A stretch of 64,000 nt of DNA, from contig CAZRKC010000006.1 of the NCBI GenBank assembly GCA_964600665.1, forward strand, positions 11,319 to 75,318, in the 5' to 3' direction. The translations under genes were made by a program, and so were the position numbers. The first letter of the stretch is position 1; every line of letters begins with the position of its first letter. This document shows, piece after piece, positions 45,693 through 55,800 of this stretch. The DNA comes from an uncultured Candidatus Sumerlaeota bacterium. GTDB lineage: Bacteria; Bacillota; SLNR01. Under the pieces are notes generated by a model. That model was not told the DNA's origin, made no database searches, and was given only the letters and a program-made list of their open reading frames with translations.

Positions 45693-47126
45693 CTAACTTC
45701 GTTTTTTTGCGATCAACATGCTGATTGCCATACCTAGCCCCGACAGGATGTATCCAAAGGATGCATCCATCCCGGTATCCGGTATCTCAGCGGATTCAAC
45801 GGTCACCTGGCAGGTCGCCTGATATTGTCCGTCTTCAGATGTGGCGGTAATGGTGCAGACCCCTTCCCCTATCGGGTGGATCGCAGCCGGACTATTGACC
45901 ACCACGCGTGCCACACTCTCATCTGAAGATGTCCAGATCACACCCTGGTTGGTGGCATTGGCTGGATTGAAAATTGCATTGATCGTGACAGGATTGTCTC
46001 CCACAGTCAATGCCAGCGTCGTCATGTCAAGTGTCAGCCCGGCAACCGGAATCGGCGCTGCTGTGACCGTTACTTCACAAGTACCCAGTACACCGTCGTA
46101 AGTGGGGCTGTATGCCGTGATCGTCACAGTTCCCAATCCCATCGCTTTGACAACTCCATTATCCACAATTGCAATCGTCTCATCAGAACTCGTCCAGCTG
46201 ATGGTCGAGTCGTCCGGACTATCCGGTACAGGACTTGCGATTAAAGTTAGATCGTCTCCCGGATATACCATAGAGGCAGTGTTGGGTGTGACGATAATGT
46301 CGGTCATCGGCACCGGTACTTCATTGACTGTCACTTCACAGTAATCCCAAAGACTCGTATCCTGTGTCGTTGCTCGTATCTGGGCAGATCCAGGTCCAAC
46401 AGCGGTCACAAGTCCATTACTGTCAACTGTTGCCACACTCTCGTTGTTACTGGTCCAAATTGCATCGGGATAATCGGCATCCACTGGGTTGATAGTTGCC
46501 GCCAATTGAGCCGTATCACCTACATCCAGAGTTACCGTTTCCGGATCCACGGCCACACTGGTGGTTGGTGTGATCATCCCCGTCGCAACCATTACATCGT
46601 CAATGTAATATCCTGCAGTCACAATACTGAAATCGGATGTAAGCCGCCATCTGAATTGTACATTGTGACCGATTGCACTTGAAATATCGTACTGCTGCAA
46701 AGTCCATTCATCGCGACCACCGTCATTGACATGCCACAATTCGACCCATTCACCTTCATCGATCCGATAATGTGCATAGACATGGTCATACCCGTATTCA
46801 AGAATATAGTTTTGTCTCCAGTAAACATAAACCGGCGGAGACGACACAGGGACAGAACTCAAGTCGATAACAGGTGAATAAAGATTCGCATCTGCCCAGT
46901 TTGGGTAATTCCCATAAATATTTGTTCCCCACAGATTCGAACCGGAATAAGCATTCGTCCAAGATGTCGGTGTCCCCCAATTCCAAACACTATTGGTCGT
47001 GTACCCACCATTATTGGACTCGAAATCTGTGAAATGATACACCTGAATGTCAGGTGCAGCTGTAACCGGAATACAGACCATGACTAAAATCATTGCCATG
47101 AATAGAGCTAAATACTGGCGCTTCAT
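45693..47126 (-). CDS. Cell-surface protein: signal peptide, MAM-like (InhA-type) domain, three Big_2 Ig-like domains, C-terminal IPDTG sorting signal
   Basis: 477 aa. The N-terminal domain has FTDFESNNGGYTT..WNWGTP...GYYIDDV. Three repeats of the type V.V.P.T..L.VGDT.QL.A...P..A......WTSS(N/D)ESVA.V. The C-terminus is AEIPDTG + MDASFGYILSGLGMAISMLIA + KKRS. Confidence 0.7.
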   Translation of the reverse strand: MKRQYLALFMAMILVMVCIPVTAAPDIQVYHFTDFESNNGGYTTNSVWNWGTPTSWTNAYSGSNLWGTNIYGNYPNWADANLYSPVIDLSSVPVSSPPVYVYWRQNYILEYGYDHVYAHYRIDEGEWVELWHVNDGGRDEWTLQQYDISSAIGHNVQFRWRLTSDFSIVTAGYYIDDVMVATGMITPTTSVAVDPETVTLDVGDTAQLAATINPVDADYPDAIWTSNNESVATVDSNGLVTAVGPGSAQIRATTQDTSLWDYCEVTVNEVPVPMTDIIVTPNTASMVYPGDDLTLIASPVPDSPDDSTISWTSSDETIAIVDNGVVKAMGLGTVTITAYSPTYDGVLGTCEVTVTAAPIPVAGLTLDMTTLALTVGDNPVTINAIFNPANATNQGVIWTSSDESVARVVVNSPAAIHPIGEGVCTITATSEDGQYQATCQVTVESAEIPDTGMDASFGYILSGLGMAISMLIAKKRS

Positions 47127-47483
47127 ATTATTCCTCCTTCGAAATTGTTAAAACATTCTTTGTATTTTCTTCAGCCGCGTTTAATATCCTCTACCAAAAT
47201 ACCATAAGACAACAAATTTTATGTCGCAACTTTGATTACCCACTGCTGCAGTACAGACCCCTGATGACAAATTTTCCATTTCACCTAAACATTTAATTCT
47301 GATCCACAATGACGACAGACCTTGCGTCTATTCAAGTTTCATTTACGATAATCATGTTATCTCGCTCCCTGATTGGCGATCATTAATGCAGACTGTATGT
47401 GTCGACTGACAAACCATTCACCTCGCCGTTTCATTCACATCCTGCATACCAAAACCAGTTCGACGATCCCCTCCAAAAAACGC

Positions 47484-47510
47484 ATACAAAAACAGCCCTG
47501 ATGGGCTGTT
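47484..47510 (-). terminator. Intrinsic terminator after namZ-like gene
   Basis: AACAGCCC-atca-GGGCTGTT followed by UUUUGUAUGCGUUUUUU (minus sense). Confidence 0.65.
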
Positions 47511-47524
47511 TCATCACGGCGATG

Positions 47525-48778
47525 CTATTGCAGAATCAAGGGAATCTTGCGGGGTGTCAAATCATAAATCAAATAAGCTATCCGCTCTTGTTTAAATCGG
47601 TCCAAATCCGGCTGATAGCGGGAAATGATCTCCCCGGGTTCTAAGTTCATCTCCAGATACTGTCCGATTTTATCTGTTCCCATGACTTTGTCAAACATAA
47701 CAATGGTCGTTGAGGTGCTCTTGGGGATCACAAAATCACTTTTCAACTGCTTGGCAATGGCCAGTGCGTACATCCCTGCCCGGGCTGGGTTGAAGGTGTG
47801 ATAATCGGTGATCTCCAAACGGACTCCCCCCCATGAACCCCGGGTGTCCGGATGATAGGTAATGCCTTTCAATCCCGCTGCGTTGAGGCGATCTGCAAAC
47901 TCCTGACTATTGATCCCCGTTCCCCCGATCCAGGTGAATTTATCCTGCTGTCCCACCCGTGTCCCCTCACCTAGCCCCGTTGCCATGTAGCCAAATGCGG
48001 ATTGAAGATTCGGTATATTCGGTGATGTTTGCTTAAAGGGAAGTCCAGTATCTTGAAAGATCATATCCCGGGTATATCCTTCCATAGGGATCACGATCAA
48101 GGATGCCCCGATCTTACGATTGAAAAAACGAGCCAATTCCCCCGCCGTCATTCCGTGGGCCATGGGCAGATTGTCGACGCCAACAAAAGTGATAAAACGA
48201 TCTTCCAGGACCGCACCTTCCACAATCAGCCCACCCAACGGGTTGGGGCGGTCGAGAATGATAATGGGAATATCGTCACGCTGGGCCGCCACCATGCAGT
48301 AGTTCATGGTGGACATATAGGTGTATGTACGTGCGCCAATATCTTGAATATCAAATACCAGGATATCCACCTTATCCAGCATCGCTGTAGTTGGTTTTCG
48401 GGTTGCACCGTAAAGACTATACACCGGAATACCATATTCAGGATGGGTGTATGACTCCACATACGCACCCGCAGATGCGGTTCCATCGAGTCCATGTTCT
48501 GGCGCATACAACGCAGTCAGGTTGATATCAGGATGTTGGTAAAAAATCGGGATGAGGCTTTCTCCAGTTTTTGTAACACCCGTTTGATTGGTCACTAAAC
48601 CCACTCGTTTACCGGCAACCAAGTGAAGATACTGATCTAAGAAAACTTCACTGCCCAAACGAAAAGTTACAATGGGGTCAGGGTCTGGCGGGTTGACAGG
48701 ACTGCACCCGGTTACCATTAAAATCATTGCCAGCATCGCCACATAACAGGTTTTTATGGATGGTTTCACCTTCAACAC
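47525..48778 (-). CDS. namZ: DUF1343 family lipoprotein (exo-beta-N-acetylmuramidase NamZ-like)
   Basis: 417 aa. Lipobox MVTGCSP. Has VGLVTNQTGV, LYAPEHGL, FDIQDIGARTYTY and ILDRPNPLGG, typical of DUF1343/YbbC. Confidence 0.7.
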   Translation of the reverse strand: MLKVKPSIKTCYVAMLAMILMVTGCSPVNPPDPDPIVTFRLGSEVFLDQYLHLVAGKRVGLVTNQTGVTKTGESLIPIFYQHPDINLTALYAPEHGLDGTASAGAYVESYTHPEYGIPVYSLYGATRKPTTAMLDKVDILVFDIQDIGARTYTYMSTMNYCMVAAQRDDIPIIILDRPNPLGGLIVEGAVLEDRFITFVGVDNLPMAHGMTAGELARFFNRKIGASLIVIPMEGYTRDMIFQDTGLPFKQTSPNIPNLQSAFGYMATGLGEGTRVGQQDKFTWIGGTGINSQEFADRLNAAGLKGITYHPDTRGSWGGVRLEITDYHTFNPARAGMYALAIAKQLKSDFVIPKSTSTTIVMFDKVMGTDKIGQYLEMNLEPGEIISRYQPDLDRFKQERIAYLIYDLTPRKIPLILQ

Positions 48779-48808
48779 CGTCCTTCCTGTATTGATTGAG
48801 TACCCGTT

Positions 48809-49459
48809 TCAATTTCTCTTCGCTTCGACTTGTTGTTGGATCCACTCCGCCAATTCCTGAATTCCCGTCAGATCCCCTTTGCCGATTCGAAAGATGTGGA
48901 TATCGGGTTGAATACCCTGAATTTCTGACTCCACTTTCTCTATATCATAGTCCTGATAGTCCATCAGGTCCACTTTGTTCATCACGACTGCGCGAGAGTT
49001 CCGGAACATACCCGGATATTTCAATGGCTTGTCCTCTCCCTCCGGAATGGAGAGGACGGTGAGTTTAAAGTCTTCGCCCAGATCATATTCAGCCGGGCAG
49101 ACCAAGTTTCCGATATTCTCGATAAAAAGAATATCCGGCAATTCCACAAGGTCGGCCATGACGCCGGCAATCATCTTAGCATCCAGGTGACAGCCCCCCA
49201 TGGTATTAATCTGAATGGCCGGTACTTGAAGTTTGATAATCCGTTCTGCATCCCGACTGGTCTGAACATCCCCTTCAATCACGGCCACTGTATACTGCTT
49301 TTTCAGTACCGGAATCAATTTCTCCAGCACCGACGTTTTTCCGGCACCAGGAGAACCGGTCATATTCACCACCAAGGTGCGTTTGCCAAAATGGGTTTTG
49401 AGCATCTGCGCCTGGGTGCGGTTATTCTCCAACACATGCGTCTTCATCTCAACTTTCAC
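48809..49459 (-). CDS. hypB: G3E-family metallochaperone GTPase, HypB type
   Basis: 216 aa, GTG start 8 nt after GAGGAG. Has Walker A MTGSPGAGKTSVLEKL, the metal/switch motif MGGCHLDA, ENIGNLVCPA and NKVDL. No N-terminal CxxCGC or His stretch. Confidence 0.75.
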   Translation of the reverse strand: MKVEMKTHVLENNRTQAQMLKTHFGKRTLVVNMTGSPGAGKTSVLEKLIPVLKKQYTVAVIEGDVQTSRDAERIIKLQVPAIQINTMGGCHLDAKMIAGVMADLVELPDILFIENIGNLVCPAEYDLGEDFKLTVLSIPEGEDKPLKYPGMFRNSRAVVMNKVDLMDYQDYDIEKVESEIQGIQPDIHIFRIGKGDLTGIQELAEWIQQQVEAKRN

Positions 49460-49535
49460 GATACCAGCTCCTCGTCAGATAATGATGCCGACCAACGGCA
49501 TTAACTTGATAGTAGCACGCACAATTCTGAGTGTC

Positions 49536-49564
49536 AAGAAAACCGCCCCGGTACACCGGGGCGG
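49536..49564 (-). terminator. Intrinsic terminator after cadA
   Basis: CCGCCCCGG-tgta-CCGGGGCGG (9-bp GC stem) followed by UUUUCUUG (minus sense). Confidence 0.7.
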
Positions 49565-49571
49565 TCAAGGC

Positions 49572-51749
49572 TTAGGTTCGATATCGCATCAGGCGCATGC
49601 CGTTGATAATCACGACCAATGCCGCACCCGTATCAGCAAATACAGCCATCCACAAATTTGCCATCCCGAGAAATGTGAGTAGCAAGAAGACGCCTTTCAC
49701 ACCAACTGAGAAAACGATGTTCTGTTTGATGATGGCAACGGTTTGACGGCTTAGACTCACCCCGTACTCCAATTTCTCCAGATCGTCCCCCATCAGTGCG
49801 ATATCGGCTGTTTCAAGGGCAGCATCTGTCCCCGCAGCTCCCATGGCAATTCCCACAGTTGCTAAAGCGAGCGCGGGTGCATCATTGACTCCATCGCCAA
49901 CCATCGCAACTTGTCCGTGACGCTGTAGCAAATCCTGCATGGCAGCTACTTTATCCTCTGGCATCAATTCTGCACGGACCTCATCAACTCCCACGTTTTC
50001 CGCCACAGCACGGGCCGCCTGCATATGGTCTCCGGTCAACATCACCGTATGTGTAACACCCGCCTTTCGGAGTCTTTCGATAGCCCGGGCAGCCTGGGGT
50101 CGGATCTGGTCCATCACAGCAATCAATCCCAATACCCGATTGTCTGCATATAGGGCAACCACCGTGCGCCCTTGCTGGTGGAATTCTTCCATGGCGAGGG
50201 TGAGCTCTGGGGGTACGCCGCCTGAGAAATCAGTTAATACCCGGGGTCCCGATACGCCGTAGTGAACACCTTTTACATTCCCCTCGACTCCCATACCGGG
50301 TCGTGACATGAATTCTGTGACCTCTTGCAGTTGCAGATGGTGCTCCTCTGCCGACTGCAGGATGGCTGCACCAATGGGGTGCTCTGAATAACGCTCCAAA
50401 GACGCCGCCAATACCAGGACATCCGATGTTGTATAACCGGGTGCCGGAATCACCGATTCCACCACGGGTCGCCCTTCTGTCAAAGTTCCCGTCTTATCAA
50501 AGGCCATGGTCGTGATAGATCCCAGTGCTTCCAAAAAAGCGCCTCCCTTAATCAGCACACCGCTGCGAGAAGCACTCCCAATCGCAGACACGATTGAGAC
50601 CGGCGTGGAGATCACTAAGGCACACGGGCAGGAAATGACCAGCAAAACCAGCGCTTTGTAAAACCAGGGGTCAAAAGGCTGATTTAGTAGAACCACCGGA
50701 ATCAATACCACCAATGCCGCTGCTGCGATTACCAACGGCGTATAATATCGGGCAAATACATCGACAAGCTGCTGGGACGGGGCTTTTTGTGCTTGCGCTT
50801 CCTCCACCATATGCATGATTCGGCCAATGGTGTTGTCCTTGGAAAGGCGGGTAACGTAAACCTCCAGAGCACCTGCCCCATTCACTGTACCGGCAAATAC
50901 CTCTTCTCCCAAGGTTCTTTCCACCGGCATGGGCTCACCTGTCACTGAAGACTGATCGATGGTGCTCAAACCCCTTGTGATGGTGCCATCCATCGGAATC
51001 CGTTCCCCTGGCTTAATCAGAATATGATCTCCCACTGCCAGGTCTTCAACGGCCAGCATGAATTCGACTCCATCCCGTATCACCAGCGCTTCCGGTGGAG
51101 CCAGTTCCATCAGTGCACGGACTGAACGCCGGGTTCGATCCATACTGAAAGCTTGTAAGGTATTGCCCAAAGAAAACAGAAATACCACGACAGCCGCTTC
51201 ATGCCATTCCCCAATGGCCGCAGCTCCTACTGCAGCAATGGTCATTAGAAAATTCATATCCGGTGCAAGTGCTTTCAATGAAAAAATCCCGATTCGCACC
51301 ACATGGTATCCACCAATGATCATGCTGATCACATACATGGGAATGATCCACGCATCGGCAACACCAGCGTTGTTCAATATGAACGCCAAAGTGAGAATCA
51401 ACCCGGCAACTGCCGTCATTCGGGTCTTTGGCTCACTCCAAACTGACGGGGCATCAATTTTCCGATCCCCTTCACGAACAACCTGCCCCCGATATCCGGA
51501 TGCCTGCACTACCTGCAAAACAGCCGAAACCGGTGCTTCATGGACCACGGTCATGATCCCTGCTCCAAAATTCATCTGCACAGACTCCACACCGGTTGTC
51601 TGAGCAACGCGTTTTTCTAGCTTGGCTGCGCAGTTGGCACAGTCAAGCCCACTGATGCGAATGCGAGTCGTTCTGCGTGTCTCATCCCCAACTGATTGAT
51701 GACTCCCATCGATGTTGCCAACGCTGATCGTGGCGATGGATTGTTCCAT
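49572..51749 (-). CDS. cadA: Heavy-metal (Cd/Zn/Co-type, P1B) translocating P-type ATPase
   Basis: 725 aa. Has the N-terminal HMA domain GLDCANCAAKLEKRV, TM6 CPC (ISCPCALVISTP), DKTGTLT, SEHPIG, and MVGDGVNDAPAL. Confidence 0.9.
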   Translation of the reverse strand: MEQSIATISVGNIDGSHQSVGDETRRTTRIRISGLDCANCAAKLEKRVAQTTGVESVQMNFGAGIMTVVHEAPVSAVLQVVQASGYRGQVVREGDRKIDAPSVWSEPKTRMTAVAGLILTLAFILNNAGVADAWIIPMYVISMIIGGYHVVRIGIFSLKALAPDMNFLMTIAAVGAAAIGEWHEAAVVVFLFSLGNTLQAFSMDRTRRSVRALMELAPPEALVIRDGVEFMLAVEDLAVGDHILIKPGERIPMDGTITRGLSTIDQSSVTGEPMPVERTLGEEVFAGTVNGAGALEVYVTRLSKDNTIGRIMHMVEEAQAQKAPSQQLVDVFARYYTPLVIAAAALVVLIPVVLLNQPFDPWFYKALVLLVISCPCALVISTPVSIVSAIGSASRSGVLIKGGAFLEALGSITTMAFDKTGTLTEGRPVVESVIPAPGYTTSDVLVLAASLERYSEHPIGAAILQSAEEHHLQLQEVTEFMSRPGMGVEGNVKGVHYGVSGPRVLTDFSGGVPPELTLAMEEFHQQGRTVVALYADNRVLGLIAVMDQIRPQAARAIERLRKAGVTHTVMLTGDHMQAARAVAENVGVDEVRAELMPEDKVAAMQDLLQRHGQVAMVGDGVNDAPALALATVGIAMGAAGTDAALETADIALMGDDLEKLEYGVSLSRQTVAIIKQNIVFSVGVKGVFLLLTFLGMANLWMAVFADTGAALVVIINGMRLMRYRT

Positions 51750-51773
51750 TCCATAAACCCTCCTGTAATCTCT

Positions 51774-52130
51774 TTATGAATGCTTCACATGCTCCAAACC
51801 TTGTGCGAAAAGTCCGCTGATATGCTCATCATCCAGGGAATAATACACAGTCTTACCAGATTTCCGAAATTTCGCGAGGCGGACATTCCGTAAGATCCGC
51901 AGTTGATGAGACACCGCCGACTGGCTCATCTCCAAAACAGCTGCCAAATCACAGACACATACTTCCTGCAATGAGAGAAAATGCATGATCCGGATTCGTG
52001 TGGGGTCACCTAGAATTTTGAATATTTCCGATAACCCCAATACATCCCCATTGGACAATTGATGTTGCCGGAGAGAGAATATTGTTTCCGGATGGATCTG
52101 CGTGACTTCACAGCGATTCATGTCGGCCAT
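51774..52130 (-). CDS. ArsR/SmtB-family metalloregulator (CadC-like)
   Basis: 118 aa. Has ILGDPTRIRIMHFLSLQEVCVCDLAAVLEMSQSAVSHQLRILR (HTH with the CVC metal site). Confidence 0.85.
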   Translation of the reverse strand: MADMNRCEVTQIHPETIFSLRQHQLSNGDVLGLSEIFKILGDPTRIRIMHFLSLQEVCVCDLAAVLEMSQSAVSHQLRILRNVRLAKFRKSGKTVYYSLDDEHISGLFAQGLEHVKHS

Positions 52131-52144
52131 CTACACTACTCCCC

Positions 52145-52168
52145 TCATATGAATATATGCTCATATGT
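52145..52168 (-). promoter_or_regulatory. Candidate ArsR/CadC operator
   Basis: Two palindromic boxes, TCATATGA (52145-52152) and TCATATGT (52161-52168), separated by 8 nt. They lie between a TATAAT -10 (52169-52174, minus sense) and the arsR RBS. Confidence 0.45.
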
Positions 52169-52202
52169 ATTATATAAAAATATGAATCCCCTGTCTATCC
52201 CC

Positions 52203-52256
52203 AAAAAGAAAAAAAGCACCTGCAGGTGTCAGATTCTTGTCTGACAGCTGAGGTGC
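52203..52256 (-). terminator. Long intrinsic terminator ending the mfp-RND-tetR operon
   Basis: Nearly continuous stem GCACCTCAGCTGTCAGA / TCTGACACCTGCAGGTGC followed by UUUUUUUCUUUUU (minus sense). Confidence 0.65.
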
Positions 52257-52270
52257 CCAGTGCTTTTCGC

Positions 52271-52858
52271 TTACGATTTCAATCCGTATAAAATCAGCGC
52301 GGCTGTGTCCCGTGCAGTACCGGCCAGGTCCAAATCGTCCGTTTCTTCAAAAATCAGATTAGCACCCAAGGAATTGAGAATTCCGATTAACATCCATGCA
52401 GTCAGATTGGCTCCGCATGGCCGAATCTCGCCGTTTTGAATCGCATGATCCAAATGATAAACGAGTTCCCGATGAATCAGAATGCGAGTTTCGATAAATG
52501 TTTCCTTGACACTATCACTAATGCTGTCCGGATGGAGCATAGCCAGCCGCGCCAGATTTCGGTGACGAAAGGCAAATGACAAATGCATCTCCACCAACGC
52601 ACACAGACGCTGGTCAATGGGAGCCGGTCTATTCATGGCCGTTCGAATCTCGCCTAAATAGAGATCCATACCTGCTCGGACCATTTCCAAAAATAGCTGT
52701 TCTTTGGTGGAAAAGTATTGATAGATCGTTCCTTTTCCAATGCCTGCAACCTGAGCGATTTCTTCCACACGGGCATTATGAAATCCCTTTTCCGAAAAAA
52801 CTTGCACCGCAGCACCTAGAATGAGATGACGTTTACCGGTATCAACCGTGCTTACCAT
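52271..52858 (-). CDS. TetR/AcrR-family transcriptional regulator
   Basis: 195 aa. The N-terminal HTH is ILGAAVQVFSEKGFHNARVEEIAQVAGIGKGTIYQYFSTKEQLF. It overlaps the RND gene end by 7 nt. Confidence 0.85.
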   Translation of the reverse strand: MVSTVDTGKRHLILGAAVQVFSEKGFHNARVEEIAQVAGIGKGTIYQYFSTKEQLFLEMVRAGMDLYLGEIRTAMNRPAPIDQRLCALVEMHLSFAFRHRNLARLAMLHPDSISDSVKETFIETRILIHRELVYHLDHAIQNGEIRPCGANLTAWMLIGILNSLGANLIFEETDDLDLAGTARDTAALILYGLKS

Positions 52859-55800
52859 GTGCCGTCACGCCCTTCCGATGGAATTGCTTTTCTGGTTCGA
52901 TCCCAACGTCGCCCTAAATCGTCAAAAATTGAATACGTCACCGGAACAATAAACAAAGTCAGCAATGTGGATGCCACCAGACCACCAATGACCACCGTGG
53001 AAAGGGGTGCCAAAAGCTCTGCACCGGCACCAATCCCCAGCGCCATGGGGAATAAGGCCAGGACTGTCGTCAAGGTTGTCATCAGGATCGGCCGGAGGCG
53101 GGTACCACCTGCATTGATAATCGCCGTGGTCCGCTCTTCACCATTCTCTCTGAGTTGATTGATGTAATCGACTAAGACAATCGCATTATTGACCACGATT
53201 CCAGCCAGCATGATAATCCCGATGACGGATGCCACATTGATGGTTCGTCCGGTAATAGCTAAGCTCATGGTCACACCCACCAGGGCAAATGGTACCGAGA
53301 ACATGATCGTCAACGGATGCACTAATGATTCGAATTGGGACGCCATCACCATATAAACCAATACCAGGGCCAAAACAAATGCAAATGCCAGATTCCCAAA
53401 AGCATCCCACATCTCTTGATTCTGACCGCCATACTCAATGGAATATCCTTCAGGCAGATTCAGCTCGGCTAATGTCCCTTGGATTTCTTTTGTCACGCTA
53501 TTTAAATCCCGGCCAAATACATCAACACTAACCTCTACAATGCGAGATTGACCCTCCCGGGCGATACTGATCGGTCCGACATCATATTTGAAAGTGGCGA
53601 TATCACTGAGGGGTACGGTTGTTCCTAGTGGAGTGGTCACCGGCAGCCACATGAGATCCTGCGCTACCTGTATGCTTTCCGGTTCCAATTGCACCACCAC
53701 ATCGATCTCATCCCCTGATACTTTATAACGGGTTGCGGTCTGACCGCTTAATGCCGATCGAATCGCCAGTGCGGCTTGATACACCGTCATCCCCATGGTC
53801 GCAGCTTTATCCCGCTCCACGATAATCTGCATTTCCGGTCTGCCTTCTCCCACGCTACTGGAGACTTCCCGCGTACCCGGAACCGCTTCAATCCGTGCCA
53901 CAGAGTCTTCTGCCAGGTCCTTGAGCAGATCCAAGTCGTCCCCTTTAATCTTCACGACAATGGGATCTCCGCCAAATCCACCACCCATCATCATCATATC
54001 TGTTTCCCGCACATTGAACTCAGCACCTGGAATTAAAGCAATTTTTCCCCGGAGTTCCTCCACAACTTCGGAAGTTCGCCGGTCTCGTTCCGCAAGCGTG
54101 ACCAACTTTACATCCACTGTCGCCCGGTTGGGACTACTGCTTCCGCCCATCATGCTCAACCCGCCGCTGCCCACATTCATAAAAATAGTGTCCAGTTCAG
54201 GCACCGTGCGTACAATGGCTGCAACTTTCTCTGCAATCTCATGGGTATCTGTCAAACGGGAACCCGCCGGTAAACGAATACTGACGCTGAGCCGGCCTTG
54301 ATCCACGGTAGGTAAAAATTCAGCGCCAATAAATGTTACCATGGCAGCTCCCAGTACAAACAGCAATACCCCAATGGCCACAAACACCTTCCGGTGTCGG
54401 AGCGCCCATCTTAGTTGCTTTTGATACCACTGAACCAACCGCAAGTACATTCCAGCCTTGGTTTCTACTCGGGGTCGGCCGCGTAACATACGGGACGATA
54501 GCATGGGAATCAAAGTCAGGGACACAGTGAGAGACATCAAGAGGGAGAAAATGACTGTTAATGCCAGCTCTTTAAATATGATGGAGGCAAGCCCTTGCAC
54601 ATAAACAACTGGCAGAAACACCACCACCGTCGTTAGGGTTGAGGCAATGATGGCTGTTCCGACTTCCTTACTCCCTAATTGGGCTGCTTCAATGGGGGGA
54701 TATCCCTCTTGACGATAACGGAAAATACTTTCCAAAACTACAATGGCATTGTCAACCAGCATTCCGACCCCCAGGGCAAGACCCCCCAAAGACAACATAT
54801 TTAAGGTCAATCCTGCAAAATGGATCAAAATGAAGGTGGTAATGATGGATATTGGAATCGAGATTCCAATGATCATAGTCGTACGGAAGCTACGCAAAAA
54901 CAAAAACAGAACCAGCACCGCCAGAAATCCACCATAGAGTGCGGAATTGGTGAGAACACTGATGGATCTTTCCACAAATACAGATTGATCAAAAATCGTA
55001 TTATATGTGATGGCCGGTGTCTCCGCATTCAGCTTGACCAGTTCTTGTTTCACTAAACGCGCGACCCGGACTGTATTGGCATTGGTCTGTTTTTGAATTG
55101 AGATAGACACACTGGGCTCGCCATTCATAAAGGCAAACTGGGTCTGATCCCGGTAGTCATCCTTGACTTCCGCCACATCCCCCAGGCGCACGATAAATCC
55201 CTGAGTGCTCATGATTGGAATTTGCGCAATCTCCTCGACAGATTGAAAAATACCGACGGTTCGTAACAAGAGTTCAGTCCGCCCATCTTCAATGGTTCCT
55301 CCAGGAAGATTCAAATTCTGGGCAGCCAGTGCCTGAACGACCGAACTGGTGGAAATACCGTAGCCATACATGGCCTCCGGATGGAGATTGACTTGAATTA
55401 CCCGGTCCAAACCCCCACTGATACTGACAGATGCCACACCATCCAACCGTTCCAAACGCCCCTTGACGACATCACTGCCGAATTTCTTGATTGCAGCCAG
55501 GTCATCTGACCCCCCCATGCCAATCTGCATCACCGGCATCATGGAAGGATCAAATTTAAACACCAGTGGCGAACCCGCTTCTGCAGGCAGGATCCGTCGA
55601 ATCAAATCCAATTTCTCCCGCATCTGGAGTGTCGCAAAATCCATATTGGTATTCCAGTTGAATTCGATGATCACTAGCGATACCCCGCTGGAAGTCGTCG
55701 AACTGATGGACTCAACATTGTTGACCGTGCCGAGGGTTTCTTCCAGCGGTCGGGTCACTAAATTTTCAATCTCTTCCGGACCGGCGCCTTCATAAACGGT

